64,000 nucleotides of DNA from an uncultured archaeon (GTDB lineage Archaea > Asgardarchaeota > Lokiarchaeia > Sigyniarchaeales > SOKP01): positions 64,001 to 128,000 of the forward strand of contig CAZOYD010000002.1 of assembly GCA_964583985.1 (NCBI GenBank), read 5' to 3'. Positions within the stretch are counted from its first letter, which is position 1. Each line of letters starts with the position of its first letter. The notes beneath the pieces were generated by a model. It searched no databases, was not told the origin of the DNA, and saw only the letters and a program-made list of their open reading frames with translations. The position numbers were made by a program, and so were the translations under genes. Of the stretch, positions 1 through 9,853 are shown one piece after another.

Positions 1-468
1 AGTCTAATTGACATATGTAAAAATGCAAAAATCGAAATTCTCAGTAAAGAAATGCAAGATCAAGAGATAAATAAAGTACTTTCATCTCTTGGGAGAGAAG
101 GATCTATTCAATTCTTTATACTTAACTTGATAGTCTTTCTAACCTTAAACATTATCAATATTTTAGTGGCAGTTCTTATTAAGTTCAATCTAATGACCAC
201 TATTCCTTATAATCTCCCTGGTACGAGCATTGGAGGATCTTTTCCTCTTGAGATTTCTATTTTTTATTTAATATTTATGATCATATCTCCTTGTTTGACA
301 GTTATAATTCTTATCTTAATACATCATCACATCCAAGATTTTAATATTGATCTCCTTAATGAAACAATTCAATCTCTTCCTGAGAGTAGAAGAAATGAGA
401 TGTTGCAAAATCTTTCCCACATCAATAAAAAAATAATAGCTTCAATCAACAGCAATAAAGATTTATAA
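1..468 (+). CDS. Hypothetical membrane protein, probably 5'-truncated by the window edge
   Basis: Frame is open from base 1 through the ATG at 52 to TAA at 468; two long hydrophobic segments. Confidence 0.6.
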   Translation, partial: SLIDICKNAKIEILSKEMQDQEINKVLSSLGREGSIQFFILNLIVFLTLNIINILVAVLIKFNLMTTIPYNLPGTSIGGSFPLEISIFYLIFMIISPCLTVIILILIHHHIQDFNIDLLNETIQSLPESRRNEMLQNLSHINKKIIASINSNKDL

Positions 469-519
469 AAATCTAATATATTATTTATATTAATCAAAGG
501 TATAGCTTGAATTGCACTA

Positions 520-1050
520 ATGAACCAATCAAAAAAATTTTTGTTTAAAATTGTAGTTGTAGGAGACGGTGGCATTGGAAAAAGCACAATGATACAACGT
601 TTGATTACTGGAAAATACATTGAACAGAAAATAACAATTGGGACAGATTTGGCGAGTTGGGGCATAAATTTAAATGATTTGACTGTAAAACTTCAAATTT
701 GGGACTTTGCTGGGGAAAAACGCTTCCGTTTCTTTTTACCAAACTATTCCAGAGGTTCAGATGGCTGTTTACTCTGTTATGATATCACAAGATATTCAAG
801 TTTTCAAAATCTTCCCGAATGGTACAATATTATTAAGAACAATGCTTCCAATCCCGGATTTATACTCGTTGGTGGAAAGCTCGATTTAGCGGATTCAAAA
901 AGAACTGTTCAATTAGAAGATGCAGAAGAGTTCCAAAAGCGGTATAATATCCCATATCATTTTGAGACATCGAGTAAATCTGGTTATAAGATAAAAGATA
1001 TATTTGAAACTATAACCGAGCTTATCTTAAAAAAAAGAAATATAATATAA
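520..1050 (+). CDS. Rab-like small GTPase (Ras superfamily)
   Basis: G1 GDGGIGKS, switch I TIGTD, G3 LQIWDFAGEKRFR, YSRGSDG, G4 variant GKLD, G5 ETSSK. Confidence 0.93.
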   Translation: MNQSKKFLFKIVVVGDGGIGKSTMIQRLITGKYIEQKITIGTDLASWGINLNDLTVKLQIWDFAGEKRFRFFLPNYSRGSDGCLLCYDITRYSSFQNLPEWYNIIKNNASNPGFILVGGKLDLADSKRTVQLEDAEEFQKRYNIPYHFETSSKSGYKIKDIFETITELILKKRNII

Positions 1051-1064
1051 AAAGAGAGAATAAA

Positions 1065-2006
1065 TTAATCTAGTAAATCTTTTAATTCATCAATATTCAT
1101 TTCTAAATATTTCGCTTTAATGTTGTCTTTTCCAATGAGAGTCTTGAAGTTCTTCTTTCTCTTCTTGTCAATAAAATTCTTCATTCCACTTAAATCAGGT
1201 TCTTTAACCGTAATCTCTAAATATTTTTGCTTTAAAGCGTGATCTATGACTTTTTGACCAACATCTGTTCTGATGATTAAGAATGCTTCATCACTTCCTT
1301 TAGGAGCGCCCCATGGACTAAATGAAATATCTGAAAATTCTCCAGAAAAATCGGTACAATATTTACATCCACTCATTCCACCAGAAGAACAAGCAAAAGC
1401 GATTCTTAATGATGTTCGTTCAGCACCAGTATTAAAGTCTGAAACAAGGATTTTAGCTAAACCCTGTAGATGACAAGGGTTACATAAAATGCCTATTTCT
1501 TTCTTCTTATCCATGTATGCTTTTCCAATACCAGTTATTAATGGTCCAGCATTATCCATAGTTTTTTTAGGAATGTATTTTTTTGCATCTTTTGCATTAT
1601 CCACTACAACGGGGAATGCCACTGGAGGTTTTGTACTTTGTGGTTCACTTAATACGAAATGCTTTACTACACCTGTTTCAAAAGCAGCACGAACGAGATT
1701 GTATAGAATATCATCCTTATTTTTTGATTTTATTTGTATTATATCTTTATAGACTCCAATAGCTAAATCAATTCGCTTTTGTCCAAATAATTTTTCTTCA
1801 ATCTCAGATATTGGAAGAAAACTTCTTGGGCAAGCATTATAACATAAGCCTACAGTCTCAGCGCATTCATCAATGACATAAGCTTCTCCTGTTTTTTCAT
1901 TGAAATCCATATGAGGACAAAATGCATTACAGCTTCCACAATGAATGCATAAATCAGCGTATATTACTTCATTTTCAAGATCTTGACTGGATTTTTCTAT
2001 TTTCAT
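1065..2006 (-). CDS. FrhB/FdhB-family (F420 hydrogenase/dehydrogenase beta subunit-like) Fe-S protein, divergent
   Basis: N-terminal CIHCGSCNAFCP and CYNACPR ferredoxin motifs; NPCH; GCKYCTDF..EFSDIS; IIRTDVG. Confidence 0.75.
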   Translation of the reverse strand: MKIEKSSQDLENEVIYADLCIHCGSCNAFCPHMDFNEKTGEAYVIDECAETVGLCYNACPRSFLPISEIEEKLFGQKRIDLAIGVYKDIIQIKSKNKDDILYNLVRAAFETGVVKHFVLSEPQSTKPPVAFPVVVDNAKDAKKYIPKKTMDNAGPLITGIGKAYMDKKKEIGILCNPCHLQGLAKILVSDFNTGAERTSLRIAFACSSGGMSGCKYCTDFSGEFSDISFSPWGAPKGSDEAFLIIRTDVGQKVIDHALKQKYLEITVKEPDLSGMKNFIDKKRKKNFKTLIGKDNIKAKYLEMNIDELKDLLD

Positions 2007-2161
2007 ACGATTTGTTCACTTTCTCTTAAAATATATTTATAAAAGGGTAAAAATAATTAATTGATAAAATATATTATGAAATATAAAGGTGTAGATCTTT
2101 AGTGTGAAAATTCACACTCCCTAAAAAACCTTTAAATCACCTTTATTCTATAATCTTAATA

Positions 2162-2731
2162 ATGATGGTTGATAAAATTTTCTTTTATTTTACATTTTCT
2201 AGTCCATTTGGGAAAATAACCATTATATGGAAAGAGATGAATCTCCAAATAAAGCTACAACGCATATTTCTTAGTGATCCTGGAGCAAATTCTGAAGATA
2301 AAGCATTTAAAGAGTTTGAAAATTTTCTGTTAAAAGGAAAAGCATCCTTGATTTCAATATTAGTAGACAAAATCCAAAATTTTTTAGTGGGAAAAGATGT
2401 AGTTTTTGACTTAGGATTAGTTGATTTCAAGAGGTGCACTGAAATTCAGAAAAAAGTTCTTTTAGCAGAATATGGGATTCCAAGGGGATGGTTTAGTACA
2501 TATAAACGTATTGCAATAAAAATTGGGATATTAAATGGTGCTAGAGTTGTTGGAAATGCATTAGCAAGAAATCCATTCCCTATCATCATTCCTTGTCATA
2601 GAGCAGTAAAAACTAATGGTGAACTAGGAGGATTTCAGGGTGGAGTTAAAATGAAACAAACTTTATTACAAATGGAGGGAATCAAGTTTTCAGAAAGCGG
2701 AATTTTAAGTTCGAATAACTTGTATTATTGA
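2162..2731 (+). CDS. ogt: Methylated-DNA-protein-cysteine methyltransferase
   Basis: ARVVGNALARNPFPIIIPCHRAV active-site motif; GELGGF.GG. Confidence 0.95.
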   Translation: MMVDKIFFYFTFSSPFGKITIIWKEMNLQIKLQRIFLSDPGANSEDKAFKEFENFLLKGKASLISILVDKIQNFLVGKDVVFDLGLVDFKRCTEIQKKVLLAEYGIPRGWFSTYKRIAIKIGILNGARVVGNALARNPFPIIIPCHRAVKTNGELGGFQGGVKMKQTLLQMEGIKFSESGILSSNNLYY

Positions 2732-2781
2732 GATTTAACAAAATTATTTAAAGAGTTTTTATTTTAAAATTAAGGAAGAAA

Positions 2782-3879
2782 ATGGATAATTTACCAAGAA
2801 ATATTACACTACATCTCACAGAAAATTGCAATTTACGCTGCAAGATGTGTTATTTTTGGGGAGATTCTGGTTGCTATTCAATTAAAAATTCTAAATCTCA
2901 ACCAAAAACCTTGGATTTCAATTTAGTTAAAACACTTATACGTGATTTAACACCTACAAAACCCTGGTATAGTTTATTTGGGGGAGAACCACTTTTATAT
3001 CCCCATTTTAAGGATTTAGTTAAGGAAATAAAAAAAGGTGGTTCATTCGTTGATACACCTACAAATGGTACACTAATTAGTAAAAATGCAGAAATGCTTG
3101 TTAGTGAAGGGTTTGATTCTATTAGAGTTTCACTTGATGGTCCCAAGAACGTAAATGATAAACAGCGCGGTATTGGGAGTTATGAAAGAGCGATAGCTGG
3201 AATCGAAATACTTTACGATGAAAAAAAAAGAAAACGATCAAAAACCCCTAATATAAGCATAATATATACCGTAACTCCTGCTAACTTCGATACCATTGAA
3301 GAATTTTTCCTACACGATTTAAACTTGGATTATATTGATTGGATCACTATCCAAATGCAAAATTTTCTTACTCAAGAAATGGGTGATTCTTATGCGAAGC
3401 TCTTGAAATCAGAATTTGGATTGGTTAGTGATTATTATTGGCAGAGTCTAGTTAGAAATATAGATGAATTTGATTCAATTGACATTTTTGAATTAACTGA
3501 ACAAGTAAATGTAGTACGGGAGATTTTGTCTGAGAAACAGAAAAATATACTCTTGTTACCTCCCACATTTTCACCTGAAAATTTGAAGGCATATCTAAAA
3601 GCAGATTGGAAGGGTATGCAAGATCAATTTACTACTTGTTACTCCCCTTTTGTGTCTGCAGATATAGTTGCCAATGGAGATGTTGCTCCGTGTCATATTT
3701 TTTATGATTTAGTAATGGGAAATTTGCATAAAAATTCAATTAGTGAAATATGGAATAGTCCACGATATATTAAATTTAAGAATATGATGAAACAACACCC
3801 ATTCATGCCAATATGTTCAGGTTGCTGTATTTTATATTTATCAGGAAAAAAAGCAAGGAAAAGAAAGGAAAAAACCTAA
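2782..3879 (+). CDS. Radical SAM protein with C-terminal SPASM/twitch domain
   Basis: CNLRCKMC, GGEPLL, TNGT, SLDG; C-terminal C..PF, GDVAPC, GNL..SI.EIWNS, CSGC. Confidence 0.92.
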   Translation: MDNLPRNITLHLTENCNLRCKMCYFWGDSGCYSIKNSKSQPKTLDFNLVKTLIRDLTPTKPWYSLFGGEPLLYPHFKDLVKEIKKGGSFVDTPTNGTLISKNAEMLVSEGFDSIRVSLDGPKNVNDKQRGIGSYERAIAGIEILYDEKKRKRSKTPNISIIYTVTPANFDTIEEFFLHDLNLDYIDWITIQMQNFLTQEMGDSYAKLLKSEFGLVSDYYWQSLVRNIDEFDSIDIFELTEQVNVVREILSEKQKNILLLPPTFSPENLKAYLKADWKGMQDQFTTCYSPFVSADIVANGDVAPCHIFYDLVMGNLHKNSISEIWNSPRYIKFKNMMKQHPFMPICSGCCILYLSGKKARKRKEKT

Positions 3880-4646
3880 TTATCTTTCTTAAGATATGAA
3901 TATTCTAAAACTGGATTCATTCCTATTTTTTTATATAAATTGAGAGCTTTCTGATTGTCTGCTTCGACTTGCAGCCATACTATTTTTACTCCTTTTTCAT
4001 AAGCCAATTCATGTAATAATCGATAAAGCATTGTGCTAGCTATACCCTTTCTTCGGTAATTAGGGTGAACCAATACATCTGCGATATATAAGTATGCATT
4101 TCTTACTAATACTCCCATCATTGATGCAATGACTACTCCATTAGATCTAACGATTTCAAATTTTTTATCAGGAATGTTAATTCTATTAGTTAAGATTGTA
4201 ATAACTTCTTGTTCCTGATTAGACCAATGAGTATAATCAGTAAGGAAATTAGCAAATTCTTTTTCTCTCTTGTCATAAAAACTATAATCATAGTTGGTTT
4301 CAATAAATGGAAAAGTTAAGTCCTGAATAGTTGAAATCATCACTTTTGTAGGAGTGATGACATGATATCCTCGCGAGACCAACAAGGATTTTAGAGTGTT
4401 AGTTTCGGGCCATTCATAAATCATAAATGATGGACTTAAATTCATTTTTTCATAGATTCGCTCCACTTCATCTATATCGTAATCTAAATCATTTCCCGTA
4501 TAACTTATTGGAATAACTGCGTTTGCTCTATCAGTTATGCCATCATTGAACCGAAGAATCCATCCGTTTAAAAAATAATAATCTTTTGCTGGCCAAGAAT
4601 TTAAAAAGATTTCTTGTATCATCATAACTTGCTCTATTGTATTCAT
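3876..4646 (-). CDS. GNAT acetyltransferase
   Basis: VHPNYRRKGIA acetyl-CoA motif, LQVEADNQKALNLYKKIG; N-terminal GWILRF..G.T.RAN. Confidence 0.88.
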   Translation of the reverse strand: MNTIEQVMMIQEIFLNSWPAKDYYFLNGWILRFNDGITDRANAVIPISYTGNDLDYDIDEVERIYEKMNLSPSFMIYEWPETNTLKSLLVSRGYHVITPTKVMISTIQDLTFPFIETNYDYSFYDKREKEFANFLTDYTHWSNQEQEVITILTNRINIPDKKFEIVRSNGVVIASMMGVLVRNAYLYIADVLVHPNYRRKGIASTMLYRLLHELAYEKGVKIVWLQVEADNQKALNLYKKIGMNPVLEYSYLKKDN

Positions 4647-4692
4647 TTAAATCAATAAATAGAAGTAGAAATGAAATTTTAAATTTATTAAT

Positions 4693-4995
4693 TTATTCTG
4701 CACATCCATTCTTAGATGAATCATCGGAGAGAAACCGGGAACATGTATCTTCCAATTTTTTAATTACGTGTTCTCGATCTTTCCAAACTATCCATGCACT
4801 TCCAGATTTTTCAAAATGGAAACCATCATATTCATCTTTCATTTTGACCATGATTTTTTTAACAAAACTCCAAGATAATCCTGTTTTATCCACCACTTCA
4901 GCTATTGTAATAGGGTGATTGATATCAAGAACGTTATTAAGGAAATAGATAATCTTGTCTATTCCTGTTTTTGGAGCAGACTCAATTTCTGGCAT
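4693..4995 (-). CDS. Small winged-helix (wHTH) protein, putative regulator
   Basis: ITIAEVVDKTGLSWSFVKK HTH-like segment followed by a beta-hairpin-like FHFEKSGSAWIVW. Confidence 0.55.
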   Translation of the reverse strand: MPEIESAPKTGIDKIIYFLNNVLDINHPITIAEVVDKTGLSWSFVKKIMVKMKDEYDGFHFEKSGSAWIVWKDREHVIKKLEDTCSRFLSDDSSKNGCAE

Positions 4996-5104
4996 TATTT
5001 ATCAAATTTAATTATATAAATAGGGGAATTTCTGTTTTAAATTTAATTTATCTAATTTATTAGATTAAAGTTAGTAATTATAATTTAATATTATAGAAAG
5101 TAAT

Positions 5105-6313
5105 TTATGTTTTCAATTGTATAAAAGTTCCAGTTGCCATCAATTTAGTTGGTTTAATATAGCTTATCCCTGATTCTTTCGAAAAAGCTTCTAACATTTC
5201 TACCCATTTTTTATAATTTCTTTTCCCTGCACTGAATGGACCAGGCATATCCATTCCAGCAAGCATTGTGTCATCAATAATTTTATAATTAGATACAATT
5301 CCTTCTTCTAAAAGTCGACATCCTTCATTTAGTTGAATTGCATAATACATTTCAAAATTTATTAAGTTAGCTTTTTGCATCGATTTTCTGATGATTTTAT
5401 CTCCGTTCCATTCATATAATCCACTTCCTGTTTTTTTACCTAATTTTCCTTCATCTACCAATTTCTGGAGCGTCTTACAAGGAGAAAATTCTGAAGATAG
5501 AGTGTTTGCAAAGTAAATTTGAACATTTCTTACTACATCTAAACCAAGAAAATCCCACTTTGCAAATGGACCCAAATTTGGGGGGTCAACTACATCATTA
5601 TCTAATAATTCATAAGATATCTCTTTTTCTGTTGCATAATCGAGCATCCAGCTTAAATAAAGACTTGATGCAATTGTTAGACGGTTAACAATAAAGCCTG
5701 GGCTCTCTTTATTGATTTTAGCTATATAACGCTTTCCTTTTAATGAAGGAAATTTTAAACTTACCTCATAGCTAATATCAAATGTTTCCTGACTCGTTTT
5801 AGAACCTTTAATTAATTCTATTAAGCGTAGTACCACAATAGGAGTGAAAAAATGCATACCAATTACTTTTTCTTCTCGTCCTGAAGTTGAAGCTATATCG
5901 GTAATGCTCATAGTGGAAGTATTTGTGGCAAAAATAGCATGTGCAGGTGCAATATTCCCGATTTTATGAAACAGTTGTTGTTTCAAATCCATCACTTCTG
6001 GAATCGCTTCCACAACAAAATCGGCATTTTGCACAGCTCTATTTAAATTAGATTCTTTTATTAAATGATTAAGAAGAATATCGGTCTTTTGATCTTCCTT
6101 TAACAGTCCTTTCCTTTCAAGTCGTCTCAATCCATTTTCAATATAGTTTGTTGCTTCTTTTATTACTTCTTCTTTAATGTCATTTATTATAACGTTTTCA
6201 AAACCCGCCATCAAAGCAACTTGAGCAATTTCCCGTCCCATAGTTCCCGCACCAATGACTACAAACGTTTTGATATTCCTAATATCTACCATATGTATTA
6301 ATTTTATACACAA
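5105..6313 (-). CDS. 3-hydroxyacyl-CoA dehydrogenase (true start probably MVDIRN, a few codons in)
   Basis: VIGAGTMG, VVEAIPE..DLKQ, ATNTST, GMHFF, PGFIVNR, GKLGKKTGSG; second C-terminal 3HCDH-like domain. Confidence 0.92.
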   Translation of the reverse strand: MCIKLIHMVDIRNIKTFVVIGAGTMGREIAQVALMAGFENVIINDIKEEVIKEATNYIENGLRRLERKGLLKEDQKTDILLNHLIKESNLNRAVQNADFVVEAIPEVMDLKQQLFHKIGNIAPAHAIFATNTSTMSITDIASTSGREEKVIGMHFFTPIVVLRLIELIKGSKTSQETFDISYEVSLKFPSLKGKRYIAKINKESPGFIVNRLTIASSLYLSWMLDYATEKEISYELLDNDVVDPPNLGPFAKWDFLGLDVVRNVQIYFANTLSSEFSPCKTLQKLVDEGKLGKKTGSGLYEWNGDKIIRKSMQKANLINFEMYYAIQLNEGCRLLEEGIVSNYKIIDDTMLAGMDMPGPFSAGKRNYKKWVEMLEAFSKESGISYIKPTKLMATGTFIQLKT

Positions 6314-6422
6314 ATTAAAAAGTTAATTTAAATTATTGAATCAGTTGACAAACTTATCAAAACCAAAGACTTCCTAACCGCTATCTCAATTTTAGTATAT
6401 AAAATCCATCATTATTTTACGA

Positions 6423-7457
6423 TTAAATAAGGGATATCAGATACCATGATAATAACATGGTACCAATGCCTAAGAAGATGGAGATAGGCAAACCAGGTAA
6501 AATTTTATTATGCTTTAATTGGTTTAAGGTTATTCCTGTACCAATTAATATAGCTAGAGCTGTAAAAACCATGATAAGCACGTTTCCAGTTTGAATTAAT
6601 GCACTTGTAGTTAGCATACTGTAAAAGGCTAAATCGCCGATACCAATTTCAACTTTTGACGTATCATAAATGAGGTCTCCTTTTTTAATGGACTCTTCAA
6701 TTTGATCATCATATAAATCATACTTATCGTTTTTAGATGCAATATCTATCATTTCTTTGATAGGTCCCCTTTTATTGAGTACGGCATATATATCCCAAAA
6801 CGATATACCAATTAAAATAGCAAGAGTCGTCCAAAGTGGCATCATCAGTCCCATTGAGGCACTTATTAGAAGACTAATATATAATACGATAAGATTCTTT
6901 GTATTGATTGATTTAGATGTGAAGTATTTGTAAAGTAGCAAACCTGTAAATACTGCTACTAAGATTGGACTTATGATATCTGATAAAATATAGTATGTAT
7001 TGATTGAAGATGGTGTATCAGGCAACAATATTAGAAAAATGATAATTGACGCAAAAAACCATGAAAGTGTAAATCCTAATAGCCCAAAAGAAAATCCAAA
7101 AATATATTTTAAAACATCAATACCCCTCTTTCTTATTAAGAATATTATAAAAAAAGCAGCACCTACAGCTGTAACCGTGAAAATGATTCCGTTCAGGATA
7201 CCTCCTAGAGCACCTAAATCTTCTTCTGAGAAATAACCGCCTTCAATTGGACCCCCATTTACAAAATATGCCATATATGCTAGGATACCAGCTAAAACTA
7301 TTACTATTAGTATTGGAATAGGGAACAATTTAAATGAAATGCGATATGTAGGTAAAAAATGAGGAATTGAATCTTTTTTCACTACTTTTTCAGAATTTTG
7401 AATGTTTTCCAATTCATTTCTGTCAATATTTTCTGATTTCTTGGCATCTTCTGACAT
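6423..7457 (-). CDS. Presenilin-like intramembrane aspartyl protease (peptidase A22)
   Basis: About 9 TM segments; WDIYAVL..RGPIKEM (YD motif), IGIGDLAFYSML (GxGD), LPGLPISI (PAL-equivalent). Confidence 0.9.
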   Translation of the reverse strand: MSEDAKKSENIDRNELENIQNSEKVVKKDSIPHFLPTYRISFKLFPIPILIVIVLAGILAYMAYFVNGGPIEGGYFSEEDLGALGGILNGIIFTVTAVGAAFFIIFLIRKRGIDVLKYIFGFSFGLLGFTLSWFFASIIIFLILLPDTPSSINTYYILSDIISPILVAVFTGLLLYKYFTSKSINTKNLIVLYISLLISASMGLMMPLWTTLAILIGISFWDIYAVLNKRGPIKEMIDIASKNDKYDLYDDQIEESIKKGDLIYDTSKVEIGIGDLAFYSMLTTSALIQTGNVLIMVFTALAILIGTGITLNQLKHNKILPGLPISIFLGIGTMLLSWYLISLI

Positions 7458-7533
7458 TATGAAATGACAAAATTACCATATAATAAATATTTATTTATAA
7501 GAAATTAAAATTAAAAGAGTATCAGACAAACCT

Positions 7534-8790
7534 TTAAAAAGTGACATTCGGAAGGTGTTTCACGAATTCCTTAACTAATTCAACTCTTTCTCTTCTTTCT
7601 TTGCGATAATAACGCAACGGATATAATTCATCAATTGTAAATTTGTATAATTTAATCCATGATTCTGCTATTTTGCTAATCTTGTATTCTTGCGCTACTC
7701 TCTTAGCATTTTTTCCAAACTCAGCACGAAGGGCATCATCTTTCAGTAATTTCACAACAGAATCTTTAAATTGATCTAGATTATTAGCAAGATATCCGGT
7801 TTCCCCGTGTCTTATGACATTACTTATTCCACAAGCATTCGCACCTACAGTAGGAGTTCCTTGAGCCATTGCTTCAATCAATACCAATCCCTCGGCTTCA
7901 ACCCAAGACCATAAAGCGGATAAATCTGCTGTTTTATATAATCTTAAGAGATCGACAAAAGGAACCCGTCCCGCATAAGAGGCTATATCTCTGAAGGCTT
8001 TCCTCTTAAGCACTCGTTTAACATGATCTGAAGAAGCACCACCGCTTCCCACCATTAGAAGATATGCATCTGGAACTTCCTTCTGTATTTCTTTAAATGT
8101 TTTTAGGATGCTGATAGGATGCTTTTCTGTTGATAAACGTGAAGCATATAACAAGACTTTTTTGTCCTCAATGTTATATTTCTCTCGAATACCATTTTCT
8201 TTCAAATCCGTGTACATTGCATCAGGAATCCCATTAGATAAGCATATAATTGGTTCCATAAAACGCCAACTGCGTAATTGAGTTTTCTTAGATCTAGTAG
8301 GGACATGGATTAAATCATATTTATTCAGTAAATGACGTTCATATCTCCATAATAGGTCAGATTTGGTTAGTAGGTTTCCAATAATTCTAACATTTTGAGC
8401 AGTATAATACGTTAAAGGGGCATTATGAGTTCCAATCATGGGGATTCCCAAGTACTTTGCCCAATTAATAGCTATTGGTCCAATCGTTGCATGAGTGTGC
8501 ATGTGAGTAATATCTAAATAATCGTGAGGACAGAAAAACATTTTTTGGAGTGGAACCGAAGCAACTAACCCTGTTTCCTTCCCAATATACGCACCCCCAA
8601 GATCATGATAATGTAGTGTTTTAGGTATATCATGACCATTGACAATTTTTGGAGCAAAAACATGGACATTATGTCCTGTTCTTGCTATTGCTTCAGATAG
8701 ATTTTTGACAGCATGAGCAGTTCCGTTTGTTTGGCTATACATTTCTGAGAAAAAGCCAATATCTAGTATTTGTTTTACCATAAAAATCAC
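7534..8790 (-). CDS. GT4 family glycosyltransferase
   Basis: NGTAHAV, HNVHVFAP, SRLSTEKH, EAEGLVLIEAMAQGTP (ExxGxxxxE). Confidence 0.9.
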   Translation of the reverse strand: MIFMVKQILDIGFFSEMYSQTNGTAHAVKNLSEAIARTGHNVHVFAPKIVNGHDIPKTLHYHDLGGAYIGKETGLVASVPLQKMFFCPHDYLDITHMHTHATIGPIAINWAKYLGIPMIGTHNAPLTYYTAQNVRIIGNLLTKSDLLWRYERHLLNKYDLIHVPTRSKKTQLRSWRFMEPIICLSNGIPDAMYTDLKENGIREKYNIEDKKVLLYASRLSTEKHPISILKTFKEIQKEVPDAYLLMVGSGGASSDHVKRVLKRKAFRDIASYAGRVPFVDLLRLYKTADLSALWSWVEAEGLVLIEAMAQGTPTVGANACGISNVIRHGETGYLANNLDQFKDSVVKLLKDDALRAEFGKNAKRVAQEYKISKIAESWIKLYKFTIDELYPLRYYRKERRERVELVKEFVKHLPNVTF

Positions 8791-8977
8791 TTGATTTAAG
8801 ATATGATTTTTAAAATTAAAAAGCTAAATTTAAGAGTATTAATGTTATTACTTTACTTTAATTAAATATTCTTTTATATTTATAACAATGTATTTATTAA
8901 TTTTTCTAATAAAAATTATTAAAATTGAATAAACCAATAACTTTATAAACATAATATATTTAATCGTTAATTTACTC

Positions 8978-9460
8978 ATGACAAAATATCACATGAGACG
9001 GATCGAAAGGGAGATTACAGATAAGAATCTCTTAAATGCAATTCTAATTGAAGGGAGATATGTCACGATATCAATGTGTAGAGAATCTGAGCCATATATA
9101 GTTTCTCTAAGTTATGGTTATGATCAGAAAAAAAATTGTTTATACTTTCATTGTGCAAATGAAGGATTAAAAATTGAATTTATCAAAACAAATCCATTAG
9201 TTTGCGCCACAATAATTAAAAATTGTGGTTATAAGACGAATGAATGTAATCACATGTATCAATCGATTGTTATAAGGGGGAATTTAAGCATTATAGAGAA
9301 TTTTGAAGAAAAAAAACATGGATTTGATGTATTAATTAATCATTTAGAAGAGAATCCGGAACTTATTAAACAGAAACATCTGAATAATGAAAAATCTTAT
9401 ACAAATAGTTATATATTAAGATTAGACATAGAAGAAATTTCTGGAAAGGAAAATAATTAA
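8978..9460 (+). CDS. Pyridoxamine 5'-phosphate oxidase-like FMN-binding protein (NimA-like)
   Basis: MRRIEREI, PYIVSLSYGY, LYFHCANEG.KIE.I..NP.VC, YQSIVIRG, EISGK. Confidence 0.85.
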   Translation: MTKYHMRRIEREITDKNLLNAILIEGRYVTISMCRESEPYIVSLSYGYDQKKNCLYFHCANEGLKIEFIKTNPLVCATIIKNCGYKTNECNHMYQSIVIRGNLSIIENFEEKKHGFDVLINHLEENPELIKQKHLNNEKSYTNSYILRLDIEEISGKENN

Positions 9461-9507
9461 TTTTTCATTTTCATAAAACTTTTTTTGTTTGAATTATTCT
9501 GTAAGAT

Positions 9508-9681
9508 ATGGATCCTGAAGAAGAAAAAAAAATTCTAAATGATATAATTAAGCATCGAAGAATCCCTTATTCTATAGAACTGATTGATATTGATGGAGAT
9601 AAGATCACTGTCCGCAATAATTTTGGCTCCACAATTACATATATCAAGAAGAATGACGATTATATCCTCGAAAATCAATAA
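9508..9681 (+). CDS. Small hypothetical protein (57 aa), below the ORF-track cutoff
   Basis: ATG 9508 to TAA 9681: MDPEEEKKILNDIIKHRRIPYSIELIDIDGDKITVRNNFGSTITYIKKNDDYILENQ; protein-like composition, fills an otherwise empty gap. Confidence 0.65.
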   Translation: MDPEEEKKILNDIIKHRRIPYSIELIDIDGDKITVRNNFGSTITYIKKNDDYILENQ

Positions 9682-9853
9682 TCGATTTTTGGAAATATAA
9701 TTCAAAAAATTTGTTAAGCTTGGGTATTTAAAAATTTATTTGCTGTTATTTTACATAATATTAAAAGTCTAAAATCTGATAAAATTAAAACAAAAAATTA
9801 AAAGATTGAAGTTTCTTATTTATGGTTAAAGCCATTTTTATTTTATAATATAC

